DNA of 64,000 nt from Protoeuglena noctilucae (GCA_958009085.1 OY253673.1:124001-188000); one strand, 5' to 3'; numbered from the stretch's first letter, positions 38,465 to 51,578 are shown. Translations and numbers: made by a program. Notes: generated from the letters alone by a model not told the origin.

Positions 38465-40680
38465 TCACATCTTGGCGGCCGCCTTGTCGCGAGCAAGGGC
38501 GGACTCGTGCCAGAGTTCGAAGCACCACAAGTAGTCTCCGCCGGGCCGAGTCTTGGCTGCGGGGTGTGACGGAGAGAGGCTTGGTCTGAGAAAGCACACA
38601 GGTGCCGGTACGCAGAGCGTGCTGTGACTGCACCAGAGACTGGCAGAGCGCAAGCCAAAACAACTCAAAACTGCTGTTTGCTGCCAAACCCTGCGCCCAC
38701 TCACCCCAGACCCTGCGTGCGCCCACTCACCCATGAGCTTGAGTGGCTGCCCTGGGATGTGGGGCCGAAGGTCGAACGACGCAAACCCCACGTCCAGGCG
38801 ATGCCTCGTGACGTCCAGCATGTGCTGCCAGAAATAGAACGTGTAGACGAGGGAGGGGTCGAACACGAACCGGTCGCGCTCGTGCTTGCGGGAGAAACAC
38901 CGGCGCCGCAACGAGGCGGGCAGGGGACGGCCGTCTGCAACAGAGGCGAGCGAATTTGAGGTGGAAATTCGAGCCCCCGGCTTGGCTCTGACTTCCAGCC
39001 ACCTCAGCCCCGGCCCCTTGTGCGACAGAGCAAAAGCGTGTCCGTGCGCTGGCCGCAGTGTTGCCAGCTGCCCAGGTCACACACCTGGGCCGTTGAGCCC
39101 GCAGAGCGTCATGTCCTCCACCGGCTCCTGAGTCACTGACAGCGGGGGCTCCTGCCCCGGCCGGGCCACGTGGATGGCATTGGCGCTGGCCGCAAGCGGG
39201 GACAGCAGGTGGGGCCGCCGGCTGTCGCCCAGGTCCGTGGACGGGCTGAGCTTGCGCGTGAGCTCGGCCAGCAGGCGCGTCAGCCACGCTGCCGGGAGGT
39301 CCTTGATCGTCTCGAACTCCTGCCCCGTCCACACCTCTGCGGGGACAATTTGGCAGGAATAACTGCAGGCTCTCGGCCTATACGAGACCGCACCCGCCGC
39401 TGTGCAAACGACGCACCATCAAAGGAGAGTGGCCTCGTGAAGCGCCCCTGCACCACCATCATCGTGCGCCGCTTCCTCCCCTCAAACGCCTCAGGGGGCG
39501 AGGAGGGCAGCCCCGCGACCCAGAGCACCGCGCGGCCCTCGAATCCACGCGTCGCGAAGTGGAAAGGCTTCTGGGCGTTCACGCGAGGGGGGGCGCTGCT
39601 CGAGGGACCCTCCGGCAAGTCGGGCCCCGCCGGCGAGTCGTGACCGCGCCCCGGCCGCAACAGGAGGGGTCCCTCGCCCCACAGCCGAAGGTCATCGACG
39701 GAGGAAGGCATTGGATTGCCGCCCTCGCCCTGGCCGCCCCTCGGTGGCCCCCCGGACCCGGACGCCGCCCCCGCCACGGACGCCAGCGCCGCTGCCGCTC
39801 GCCCGGACCACCTCAGCGCCGCTGCGGCCGCCCCCTCGGCTCCTAGCGCCAGCGCCCGTGGCAGCCCCGTCACCAAACGCAACGGCTCCTCCCATGGAGG
39901 GCCCGGTCCGTCCCAATCCCACGTGTCCGCCGACAACCCGCTCCTCGCCCTGCCCAGCAGGAAGGCGGCCGTCATGCACGTCAGCGCCGCCCCCGCCAGC
40001 ACCGGTCCCCTGCACCCCGCCCACCGCCAGCCCAGCACGGCCCAGTCCCCGCACCGCTGCAGCGGGCCGCCCGCCCTCCACGTCCCGCTCTTATCGTCAA
40101 AGTACCCCGCCGCCCACCCCCAGAACGCCCCTGACAGCACCCCTTGCGAAAACGTTGCTCCACGTGCGTGCCTGGCCAGACCTCGGTGCGCTGCTGCCAG
40201 GTCCGTGGAGAGGGCGCCGTTAACCGCGGCCAGCCTCTGCATGTCTGCCTCCAGCTCCCCCTGACGGCGCTTGATCCGCGCTAGCTCGTGGCCTGCGCTG
40301 AGGTTGCGGCGTCCCATGGGGGCGTCATCGGCAACGTCGCTAGCGTCCGGTATCTCCTCCATATGCGCCCGGGGCGGCGCGAGGGTGAACCGGTAGAAGA
40401 GCCTGAGGTCCTTGAACGTGTGCTCGTGCAGGCAGTGGTGGAAAAGGCCCAATTCCAGGCACCGCTGGCCCAGAGCCACGGCATCGCGCCTCGTTGGGGC
40501 GTGACCCTCCCGCACGAGCCAATCGACGGCTTCGTGCCCGACGAACACGTTGCGGTAGAGCCTGAGGTGGTACCTGCGATCTCGGACAGCCACCGCGCGC
40601 GACATCGCAGCGGCGACGAGGCGCAAGCGCTCGAAGCTCTCGAGGTCGCCCGGACGCCCGGCGGGCCCCGCCAAATCCAT
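38465..40680 (-). CDS. DEP domain + coiled coil/transmembrane + DUF1769 protein
   Basis: DEP: VRDRRYHLRLYRNVFVGHEAVDWL...HTFKDLRLFYRF. DUF1769-like: F.TRGFEGR...FEGRKRR...VQGRF...WTGQEF...EDM...FDPSLVYTFYF...GQPLKLM...YLWCFELWH. Confidence 0.8.
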
Positions 40681-40805
40681 GGCTGTCGCAATCACGACAT
40701 GGATATTTCACAGATGCGACCATAAAGTCACACATTTTGCTCGCGAAGCTGATAAAATGCCCAAGATGCCTGTGCCGCAGGTGCAAGTGGTCATTACCGG
40801 TACGC

Positions 40806-40812
40806 TATAAAA
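40806..40812 (+). promoter_or_regulatory. TATA-like box in the ~300-bp divergent promoter between the DEP-DUF1769 and DDX52 genes
   Basis: TATAAAA followed by a second TATAA in an AT-enriched island about 170 bp upstream of the helicase ATG. Confidence 0.35.
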
Positions 40813-40978
40813 GGGCTATAATCCCATTCTTGGCCCGCTGTTCATGCCCGACATCGTCGCCGAGCTCGCAAGCGGGCGCCCAGGCTCTTTGCTTGCGCGG
40901 TTTCTTAAGGAGAGCCCTAGCGGCTTGAGAAGGGCCCTAGCGGGCTGAGAGGGGGCCTGGCGCGGCGGCTCGACTAAC

Positions 40979-43874
40979 ATGGACCGAGAACTCTTTCGCA
41001 TGCTTACGTCTGGGGCCAAGTTCGACCGGAAACGGTGAGGACCACGGCGCGCGGTGCCCGGGGAGGGCAGACACTTCGTGTCCCACCGCCGCCGCGGCGC
41101 CGGCTCGGAGAGGGAGATGCTTTTTCATGCGGCCTCTCGTCTTCTCAACGCAGCCAGGACAACAAGATTTTCAGCAAGAAACAGCCCGAGGTGGTCCGGC
41201 TGCCCGAGGCCGACGACGAGGCGGACGAGGACCGCAGGCGCGCGAACGAGGAGGCCGGCGCGTCGGACAGCCATGTCCCGCTGTTTGCGGGGAGCAGGCG
41301 AGTGTGCCATCAAAGCCCGGCCATCTCTGAGCCCTCCCCGTGCGCCCCGTGAGCGGTGCAAGCCGCCTATGCAGGGCCACGGCCGCGCTCCCCTCCGCCG
41401 GCGACGTCAAGCAGCGCATGGAGCGGGTGAAGAACGCGACAGAGCGCGAGAACATCTTCCGCAAGGCCTTTGGCATCCGCGTCAAGGGCAGCGCGCCCCC
41501 CGCCCCTCTGGAAGAGTTCTCGGACCTGACGAGCAAGTTTGGGTGAGGCAGGCGCCGCTCGCAGCGACGGGGAGCGGCAACGAGCCGTGCGTGACCGCTG
41601 CGCAGCGGCAGCAGACCGATGTCGCGCCTGTGGCTGCAGGGTGCCGGACAAGCTGGTCTCCAATCTCGCGGGGCTGGGGTTCACGCAGCCCACGCCCGTG
41701 CAGCGCCAGGCCGTGACGGCGATGCTCTCGGGCCGCGAGGTGCTCGCCGTGGCGCCGACGGGTTCGGGCAAGACACTGGCGTTCCTGGTGCCCCTGGTGG
41801 CGGGGGTGGCGGTGGCCAAAAAGTACGCCCACGAGGCGGCGCACGTGCGGGGGGTGGTGCTGAGCCCGACGAGGGAGCTGGGCGGCCAGACGGCCACGAT
41901 CGCGCGTCTCCTGTGCAAGAGCACGGGGGTCTCGACGGCGCTGGCCAGCCGGGCGATCGAGGCGTCAGGGATGAAGGCGGGGCGTGTTGACGTGTTGATA
42001 GGGATCCCGGCGCGCATGGCGCAGATGGCGGCGGCGGGCGAGGTCGACCTCGCGCGGTGCCTCTACGTCGTCATGGACGAGGCGGACAAGCTCTTTGAGG
42101 CGAGCGGCGTGCGCGGGCGTGGTGGCATGCACCTGTGGCTGTAGCGGCAGGTGCACGGCTGTGGCGGTGTGCATTCGCGAAGCATGCAATCCTTCCTATC
42201 GCTGCAGATGGGGTTCCTGGAAAACATCGATCAGGTGCTGGCGCTGGCGGGGAAGGACCTGGCTGACGCGGGCCGTGGTCAGGGTGGCGACGCTGGGGTT
42301 GAGGGGGGGAAAGAGAAGGGAAAGAAGTCAGCCAAGAAAGGGTGCAGCGAGGGCAAGAAGGGGAAAAGCACAGAGGCGCTGCCAACTCCCAAGGGTGCGT
42401 GGCGGCTGTGTGTGTTGGCTGTGCATTGTGGCTGTGTTTGCCTTTCTCTGCCATCTCCCATCTGCAGCACCCCATCTCTCCTGACCCTCCCTCTTCACCC
42501 CCCCCTTGCAGCCCTGCCCACCGTCGTCCCCCGCCGCTGCGTGCGCGCCCTCTTCAGCGCGACCCTGCCAGAGAAGGTCGAGGAGATGGCGCGGTCGGTG
42601 CTCCGTGACCCTCTCCGCATCACCGTGGGCCACCGCAACGCCGCCTCCCACGACGTCTCCCAGCGCCTCGTGTTCGTGGGGAAGGAGGAGGGCAAGCTGC
42701 TGGCCCTGCGGCAGCTGCTGTCGGGCGGGGTGCGGCCCCCCGTGCTGGTGTTTGTCGACTCCAAGGAGCGAGCCCAGGCGCTCAGGCGGGAGCTTCTCTT
42801 GGACGGATTCAAGGCCGACGCAATCCACGGCGACCAGCCCCAGGCATCGCGCAACGCGGCCGTGGACAATTTCCGCATCGGCCGCACGTGGGTGCTCGTG
42901 GCCACCGACCTCGTGGGCCGGGGCATGGACTTCCTGGGCGTCAACACCGTCGTCAACTATGACTTCCCACGGGGGACCATGGACTACGTGCACCGGTGAG
43001 GGATGAGGGGCGGTGGGGCTGGGGTTGGGTGCGGAGCGAGCTGTGTGTGCGCGGTGTAACGCTTGCGGTGCCCACCTCGCGCTCGCTGGCAGTCGCGCCT
43101 TCGCCTGCCCTGCAGCGTAAAGGCCACACTCACCCGTTTTCTACTCACCTGTGCCCCACGCCTTGCACCTTTCCCGCAGCATTGGGCGTACAGGCCGCGC
43201 GGGTCGTTGCGGCGAGGCGGTGACGTTCTTTATGGAAGACGACGCGGACCGGCTGCGCTCGATCGCCAACGTGATGCGGCAGTCGGGGTGCGAGGTGCCT
43301 GCGTGGATGCTGACGCTCAAGAAGCAGCGGCGGGGACACTACAACGCCAAGGCGGGGGCGCCGAAGAAGGTAAGTGTTGGGGCGCATATGGCTGGGTAGA
43401 ATCTATCGCACACAGTTAACGGGTGGGTGGCCGTGCACGAGTGGCTGAGTATCTGCTGTACATTGTTAGTTCCACTGCCGGTGCTCTGCTCCTTTGGGGA
43501 GCCTGGCAGCTACGCAAACGGGCGCTGCTCGGGCGGCATTGACGCGGTGTCTTGTGCCCTCGGCGTGGTCGCAGGTCGCGGGGGCAGTGTCTAAGAAGGG
43601 CAAGGGACGCGGGGACGGGGTGATGATGGGGGCGACGATCCGGGCACCGCTTGGTGGGTCGCGCAAGCGTCGACGGGAAAGCGAGGGCGGTGGGGAGGGC
43701 AAAGGTGGGGATGGTGGCAAGGGTGGGGTAGCCGGAGAGGCGAGGGAGCGCGGGCAGGGGGCTGGCGCGGGCGGGGACGCGGAGGGGGCGGCTCCCAAGG
43801 CAAAGAAGCCGGGGCGTGCTCCCAAGAGAGTGCGCATGGCAGCACGGGCGGAGGCACAGGGCGCGGCCCAGTAG
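40979..43874 (+). CDS. DDX52: DEAD-box RNA helicase DDX52/ROK1 (RH57-like)
   Basis: N-terminus LTSGAKFDRKR, PTPVQRQA, APTGSGKT, SPTREL, DEADKLFE, LFSAT, GKEEGKLLALRQ, PPVLVFVDSKERA, GRGMDF, YVHR.GRTGRAGR, SGCEVPAW. Confidence 0.93.
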
Positions 43875-44024
43875 CAGGGACGACGCGGCATGGCATGGCA
43901 TCTGGACAGTGTTCGTTCAAAACACGATGCACTTAGTTCTACTCTCTCTGCTCTGTCACGTATTCACACCCTTTCGCTGCACCTGCTGTTGCTCAATCGT
44001 CGCACGCTATCCACTCCCAAACCC

Positions 44025-45467
44025 TCAACCCGGTACCCCCTTCCCCGCCCCGTCCACCCCACCGATCTGCAAACCACCCAACTCTCTCTCCAAACCCCCT
44101 CCTTCACCCACATCCCCCGCCCCACCCCTCTCCCCATCCACCGCCACCGCCACCGCCTCTCCCTGCCGCCCAATCCCCTCTCTCTTCCTCCCCGCCACCT
44201 GTGCCATGGCAGCCAGCCGTTCCGCATTGGGATGCACGTTGCGGCGCTGGAAGGGCGCCTCGACCGTCCCGAAGATGGGGTCCTGGTGTTTCTGACACAG
44301 CACACTGTCGACTTTCCTACGCATGTTGAAGTCCAAAGCGTCCACCGTCTCGGGAGGCTCGCCTAACAGCTCCAGCGCGGCCCCGACGGCCTCGCAGGTG
44401 CTGATGCGCTCGCTCTTGCATCCGCGGTAACGCCTGCGCAGGCAACGCGACAGGGGGCTCAGCACGGAGCGAGGGGCACACAATGGGTTGCAAGGGCTGC
44501 CACCCATCCCTCACCTGGTGGGTGCCACCACAATGACCCACCTTTGACCTGACGGGGCGCAAGGGCTGCCACCCATCCCTCACCTGATGGGGCGGAGGAG
44601 GCTCACGGAGACGCCGTGCGCGTCGAGCGGCAGTGCCACACGCATGACGCTGTCGGGTAGACAGGCGTTGAGGGACCGGCCCTGGCGCCACGTGCCGTCC
44701 AGCGCCACCAGCGTCACCCGGCCCCCTGCAGATATGAGGTGATGCCTTGATACCGCTCCCTTACCAACAAAGCAGCTGTCCCAGCAACCTAATGCACCCC
44801 ACTCGCTCCAGCGCTCACCGGTGCGCTCCCCCGCAACCCTCGCCAGCTCCTCGACCCCCACCGCCGCCCCATCCCCCGGCCACAGCACCGCCAGGGTCCT
44901 TGTCGGGTCCCTCACGGCCTCCTCCATCACGTGGCTGTGCTCCGGCAAGCCGTGCACCAGCATCCGGCACCGCTCCTCCCCCAAAGTCATGGCCAGCACG
45001 GTGCCCGTGTTGGACGCCTTGCCCCACTCGCGTTCGTGCAGCCACACCAGCACGCGCGGCCGGGACCCCAGCTCCGGCTCTGGCGGCGCCCGCGCGGCCC
45101 CGTTGCACACGCACATGTAGGGGAGAAGCCAGCACGTCGGGCACTGGAATGGCGTCTTGCCCCACTTGACCACGTAGCTAGTCACCAGCGCCTGCTTCTC
45201 TGCCGACGTCAGCTCGTCGGACTGCACCAGCCTGCGGAGCCGATTGCGCTCCTCCCGGCGCTCTCGCCACACGCGCGTATACTCCTCCAGGGACGCGCAG
45301 CCATACTGCCGCAGCTGCAACTGCGTGCACGATATCGAGACGAAGCGGTTTCCCCTGCGTTTGGTTGCAAACCGTCCTCGTCTCATGGCCTCCGCCGAGA
45401 GTTCAGCGATCGAGCTCGCGAGCTGCGCACCTCCGTCGGGTTCCCCGGCGTGTCTGCGTCCAGCCAT
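44025..45467 (-). CDS. DTW-domain tRNA-uridine aminocarboxypropyltransferase (DTWD2/TapT-like)
   Basis: CPTCWL...CVC, H.REWGKASNTG, LWPG, LDGTW, ISTCEAV. The start could instead be the in-frame ATG at 45764. Confidence 0.88.
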
Positions 45468-45866
45468 TTCACGTGCTGGCGGCGCGTGGCCGTCCCATCG
45501 GAGCTCGCAGCGCCGCGGCCATCCATGCCGACCTGGCCCACGGCGTGTCGATGAAGATGCCGGGTGCCCCGACTCCGAGTCCCGACAACGCCGCACCGCC
45601 CCCGCGCAGGATGTTGTACAGTGGCCGCTGCTGTGCTGTGCATCCTCCGATGCAGGCAGCGTCCCGGAAGCGAGCAGCCCGGGCAGCACGACAACACGAC
45701 AATGAGCAGTGCAGCTGCCGTGACTTCGCGTGAAGAGACGCGGCTGGCAGCTTTCCAGCGCCATGATGTGCAGCACGCACACCCGGCTGACGATGGGGTG
45801 GATGCCGCGGCGAGCCGCCACTTTTTTTATGATGCGATTCGCATCGTAGCGCGACCTGGCCCATCG

Positions 45867-47603
45867 ATGTCGAAGAAAGACAAGAAACGGCCTCTGGAGG
45901 CCACGCATGCCGATGGGGCGGAGGCAGATGCACCTGCGAAAGACAAGAAGGCCAAGAAGGACAAGAAGGACAAGTTGAAGAACAAGGTGTGTGTCGCTGC
46001 CCGCGCCGTCCGTCAGCTCTCGCTCCCGGCGTCGCTAGGGCATGGCTTCCGGGGCACGGGCCGTCGCAGGTCCCGCGCTGAGCCGATGCTTTGTCAGCGA
46101 CGATGCGGGCTCGTTCGCGGCTTCGTTGCATTCGTTTCCGGGCGTTGGCCAGGGACACACCGCGCGTCGTTTACTCCGTCGGCGCGGAGGTCGCGCTGAA
46201 CGCCTGCCGCCCTAACTTCGCTTCGCAGGCGGCGGCGCCGGAAATTGAGGCGAACGGGGAGGTCCATGAGTCTGTGAAGCAGCCAGCAGGTGCGCAGGCG
46301 CGCCCACCTCGGCGCCCGTGGCAGCCGCGCCGCGCTGCCCCTCGCGCTGCACGTGAGGCGCCCTCTGCTGGCCCGCGCAGGGTCGTCGCCGGGGGATGGG
46401 GAGGCGAGGGAGAAGAAGGAGAAGAAGAAGGATAAGAAGAGCAAGAAGGGTGATAAGGGCGATAAGGCGGAGGTCGCGGAGGAGGCGGGGAAGGGAGCCG
46501 CGGTCGCGTCTGAGAATGGCGAGGGCGTCCCTCCTGTCAAGAAGGACAAGAAAGATAAGAAGAAGGACAAGAAGGCCAGCAAGCACGATGGGGATGAGAA
46601 GCCGGCGGAGGGGGAGGCGAATGGGGCCGACGGGGGTGACGGGGAGGGCAAGAGGAGGAAAGAGGGCGACTCTGGGGCTGCTGGTAAGAAGGACAAGAAG
46701 ATGGATAAGAAGAAGGGAGAGGGAGAGGAGCAGGGCGGGGAGGCGGCGGTGGGGAAGGGAGAGGAAGGGGAGGGTGGGGATGGGAAGGGTAAGAAGCGAA
46801 AACGGGGTGCGGAGAGTGCAGGGGAGAGGGACGACAGTGCTAAGAAGCGGGGCGGGAAGGAGGACGGCGGGTATGCGAGTGCGGGGGACGGTGGCACCTC
46901 GGGAGCTGAGACGGGCGGGGAGGGGTGAGCAAAGGGGTGGAGTGGCGTGGGGTGGAGTGGAGTGGGATGGATGCGTTTCGCTTGCTGCTGGCTCACCAGC
47001 AGTGCCGATGCGGGCTCATGTGGTATGGTAGCCACCCTTGCAGCAGCCCTTGCCACCCTTGTCGGCTTCACCAGCCCCCCGCCTCTGCTCCCTTTGCAGG
47101 GGCTCCCAGTCCCCAGGGACTGGCGGCACGGCCTCCAAGCGTTTCCAGCGAGTGGACCCCTCGGAGTGGTTAGGGAAGAAGGGCTCGTGGGCCAACGCAT
47201 ACGACAAACACTTCGGGGACGACGGGTGGGGCGCAAAGGCCAACGTGAGGGGCGGGTGGGGCAGCTGGAGGGTCGCGTGATGCTTACGCTGCCTTTCTAC
47301 CCAACCCTATGTAGCAAATAGAATAGACTGGCGTTGCCCATACAATACACCCCATAGACCCCATGCAGCCCATGCACACCCTACGCCCGACACGCATCGT
47401 CGCCACCTTGCAGCACCTAGCAAGGGTGCTGCTGGAGCCCTCATACCAGGCATGCTGCCCTTTCATACTCCCAGGCGGTGCTCTCCAAGGTGCGTGGCAA
47501 GGACTTCCGCCACGAAAAGACGAAGAAGAAGCGGGGGTCGTACCGGGGAGGGCAAATCGACCAGGGGACCAACTCAATCAAGTTCGACTCGGACGACGAG
47601 TGA
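45867..47603 (+). CDS. SRP40/NOLC1-like nucleolar protein (Lys-rich, SRP40 C-terminal domain)
   Basis: KKDKK repeats, then FQRV...[35 protein letters not shown]...[14 protein letters not shown] at 47617. Confidence 0.93.
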
Positions 47604-47965
47604 AGACGAGTGAAGATGTAACAGAAAGTCGTTTCATGCGAGTGACGGGGTCTGCTTGGATGGGAAGTGCGGCATGAGGGGGGACGTGGTTGGGGCAGGC
47701 TATCTGTCGGTCGCCTTGCTGAGTGTGCACAGGTTTTGATGTGGCAGACTGTTGCAGAGGGATGTTTCAAGCAGTTCGTCGGCCGGTTGCTGCTCAGGGC
47801 TTGTCCCAGACACAGCGGTGGGGCGTGCTGCCCTCGAAAAAAGCTCGATGCAGCCGCCAGGGCAGCAGCAAGGGGCAGGGATGATAAGAGAAAGGCTGCA
47901 ATGGCAGCTCCCGTGCCGCAGTCGAAAAATGCCTCAAAAATGAAAGCCCCGCAAACTCAGCAACC

Positions 47966-50900
47966 CTAACCCCCACCGTCTGAGTGCTTCTGCAGCATTG
48001 CGCGGTAAAGGTCGGTGTCAGTGTCTTGCTCCAATCGACCCCTCGCCCTCCTCCCACTCTCTCCGTCCCACGACCCCTCGCCTTCACGCCCCCGCCCAGG
48101 CATCCACACCCGCCGCCGCCCCACTCCCACGCCACCCCCAGTATGCGAGTCAACCCCACCCGAGGCATCCCGCCGCCCCTCTGCAATGTCCGCGACCACC
48201 TCTCTGCTGCCCCCGCTCCTCAGCCACTCCGCCATACCCCCGCGCCCCTCATCGCTACCAGCTGGCCCCTCCCCATCGCCCACCCCAGCTTTGCCCTCCC
48301 TGTCCCTCCCAGCACCCCTACCGTCGCCCTGCACAGCATCTGCCCCGTCTCCCGCCCCCTCCTCTCCCTCCCGCACCGATCCCAAGGCACCCAAACGCTC
48401 CAGAGGGGTCACTCCGGGCTCTGCCAGCTGCGGCACAGGGACTTCCTCGGCCCTCACCCCAATACGCACCGAGTCTGCCCCTGCCCGCACATGGGCCACG
48501 TGATGGGGGCGGAAGGGTCCGCCAGAGACGACGCGCCGGAGGCCCTCGGGGGGACGGGTGTCGGCACCGCGGAGCTCGCAGGCCAGCCAACAGACGCTGG
48601 CTGCGTAGTTGGTGCTGCGGGGAGGAGTAGTAATGGGTGAGAAAGACATGGGATGAGGGAGGTGCGTAGTGAGGTGTGCAGAAGTATAGTGTACGCGGAG
48701 AGAGGTCTGCGTGTTGGGGAAACTGCAGCGTTTTGCGTGCTTCCGACAGCCCCGCCACGCATGCGTAGGTCTACGCCTCACGCCTGGCTCATGTCACCTG
48801 GGGTTGTAGCTCATGACTGCTCGCCAGTTGGGGCCAGCCAGGAGGCACAGGTCGGAGGGACCGAAGGGCGCCACGAGCTCAGCGACGTCCTGAGGGCCCA
48901 GCGCAGACCCGAACACGCGCAGAGGGCGGTCGCTGTCGGCCAGACTGCGGGCGTCGAGACCGAAGCCCCGGCGGACCCACTCTGACACGGGAGCCTTGCT
49001 CTTGTGCCGGAAACGGCCCTGCGAGGAGCAAGGACGCAGGGGACGTGCGTCACGTGCCGGCGACGGTGCTGGGAGGCTGGGGGCATGCCCCGACCAACGC
49101 TGGCGATGAGTCAGGTTAGCTCTTGCTGGCTTTTGACTAACAAGCCCTGACTTTGCTTGCAACATAAGGCGAGGCATGCAGGTGACCATTGCCCACGCAC
49201 ACTTGCTGCCTCACCAGGGTGTCAGGGCTGGGAGGCACGACGGGTGACCCGAACCCGCGCCCCGCCTCCCAGCCATTCGATTTCAAAAACTGTGCGATGG
49301 AGGCCAGGGCGTCCGCCTGAGATGCCCAGATGTCAGGGCGGCCGTCGCCGTCATGGTCCACCGCGCAACGCAGGAATGCCGACGGCATGAACTGGCACTG
49401 CCCCATGGCGCCTGCCCAGGACCCCACGAGGTCCTGCGCATAAAGAGATAGAGGGATTGGTGTCCAGTGGTGTGCAAGGACTTGAACTACCAAGCAGTGA
49501 GGTCGGACGGCAGCCACGCAGCCACAAAGGAGCAGTGGGCATGAGCTGAGGCACACGTGCAGGCGAGGAGCGACAGCGATACCGGCCCCTCGCCTGTGCC
49601 CTCGCGACCCCCCGCTCCACGATCTGAAGGGCGCAGAGAGCCTCGTCCCGGAAGAAAGCCCCCCTTGCTGCGTCATCCGACAGATACGCCAAATGTAAGA
49701 GGCTCTCTAGGACCGGGAAGTCCCCAGAGAAAGCACCGAAGTCTGACTCGAGTCCCCAAACGGCCACGAGGATCTCCTTTGGCACACCGTAGGCGCTCTC
49801 GATGTCGTGGAGAGTGTCGCGGAGCTCCCACATCAGAGCACGACCACGGGCGATGCGGCCAGGCACGCGCTGCGGGGTGCGGTGGGGCGGGGGTGGGGCA
49901 AGGGTCGTGCGTGGGTTGAGTTGAAGTGGGTGAGGGTGTAGGTGAGGTGAGGGTGGTGCGTGGGGACACATGTGTGAGTTGGGTCGAGTAGGGTGGACAG
50001 TCGACTGTACCCTTGCCAAGCGATGGGTTGGGTCCATTCCACGTGCCTGGCAAACCTGGCCCGCTTCGCTCTCACCGAAAACACGTAGTCCCCCAGTCTC
50101 TGCACGTTCTCCGGCTGGCTCCTCTCGTGGCCCATCACGTCCCGGGGCCCGTCCGTCTCGACAGCAACACCTGCGTCCTCCCCGCCCTCGTCAGCCCCTT
50201 GTGTGCCGTCGACAGGCTCCACGGGCGGACGCACGACACGCAGCGCGCCATGGATCGTCTGCGAAGAGATGTGCGAGGTAGCGTTCATTTGCTGTCCCAT
50301 GAGCTGCAGCAGAGTACTGCCACGACGGCCACCGTCGGCACCCCAGCAGCCATGCATCCTCGTCAGGACCTGTTGCACGCCGCAGTCACCTCTTCAGACA
50401 CTCCCTTTCCACGGGCCTCTTCTCGAAAGGCCTCTAACCACGACTCCCACCGGCTGCACGACACCGCTTGCGGGTCACCGTCCCCTGCCGACCCCTTGGC
50501 AGGGTCCCCGGCGCTTGGAACCTCTTCGTCAGCCTCCTCGCCCGCCTCTCTGCCTTGGGTTCGATCTCCCACATCCTCGGCGCCATCGGGGGGCTGGGAG
50601 ATGTCCACCCCTGTTGGGACCTGCGTCACGGCATCGAGGCAACTCTCGGCGCGCGTTTCCGTGGGCGACAGGGGCACCGGCAGCAAGAGCAGATCGTCCG
50701 CTCTCGCTGATGGGCGCGCGCTGCCGCGCACCTCGCATCCTGCCCTCATCCCGCGCCCAAATGGGTTGTCAGCGACGTCGAAAGCCCATGAGGCCGATGC
50801 GCTGGTGCTGCGGGCCTCAGAGGTGCCGGCACACATCGACATCGTGTGCGCACGCTGCCTCCGGATGGCGGACGCCTTCGCAGAAGCGGCGGGCGGGAAC

Positions 50901-51169
50901 AGCAAGGCCGGCAGCAGGAGGGACGAAGCGACGGCAAAGCGCGCGGCGATCCGTGACCATCGCCGATGGAACGGCACGGAATGCGTTGTATCCATGCATC
51001 CGTGCGTGTCGAGGTCAACGTTGCCCGCTGGAGGGCCCCCGCTGGCGCGAACACGAGCGTCTCGGTCAAGCGCGCGCGACCCTCTGGCGAAGCGGGCAGC
51101 AAGGGCTCGGCTTGCAGCGCCCGGGACAGTCACGCAGCGATGACGTGCCCTCGAGACGCCGCTGTCCAT
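47966..51169 (-). CDS. mltB: MltB-type lytic murein transglycosylase (SLT_2 family) with a putative plastid-targeting presequence
   Basis: Six exons: WL..FREEARGKGVSEETI..AL, ERSQPE, YGVPKEILVAVWGLESDFG (catalytic Glu), FFRDE, GSWAGAMGQCQFMPS, DHDGDGRPDIW (EF-hand-like), DALASIA..L..NGW, NWRAVMSYNPSTNYA. Start is 51169 or 50995. Confidence 0.9.
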
Positions 51170-51578
51170 CAGGACTGCCCTCTATTCGCATCAGGGGCCA
51201 TTAACAAGCAAAGAAAGGACGCTGCGGGCCTCGGTCGAGCGCAGCTGAGAACCTGGCCTGCCAGTGGACGATCCGCATTAACGCGTGATTGGGGACAGTT
51301 GCAAGATACTGCTGTTGGCTGCTCCAAAGAGCACTCGCAGACATGCTGCACGTGCCAGTGCCGGGTAAACGTGGTCTGGATGCGGACACAAGGCCATATG
51401 TGACCTGTCGAGAACCCACTCTTGCGCCAGCGAACGGCATCACACCCTCCGTCCTCCCATCTACCGCTGGAGCCAAGCTTGGCTTGGACCGTTCTAGTGG
51501 CTAAGCCTTCTGCCTCTGGGCCTCCCAGACAAGGCAGTCTTGATCGCGGCTCTCTGCCTGCAAGACATCCTTGCCGGC

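Noticed and set aside
45764..45908. Coding overlap between the DTW ORF (extended to 45908) and the SRP40-like gene
   Set aside because: Downstream in-frame ATGs (45764, 45467) explain the DTW gene without overlap, and the extension has no recognisable similarity.
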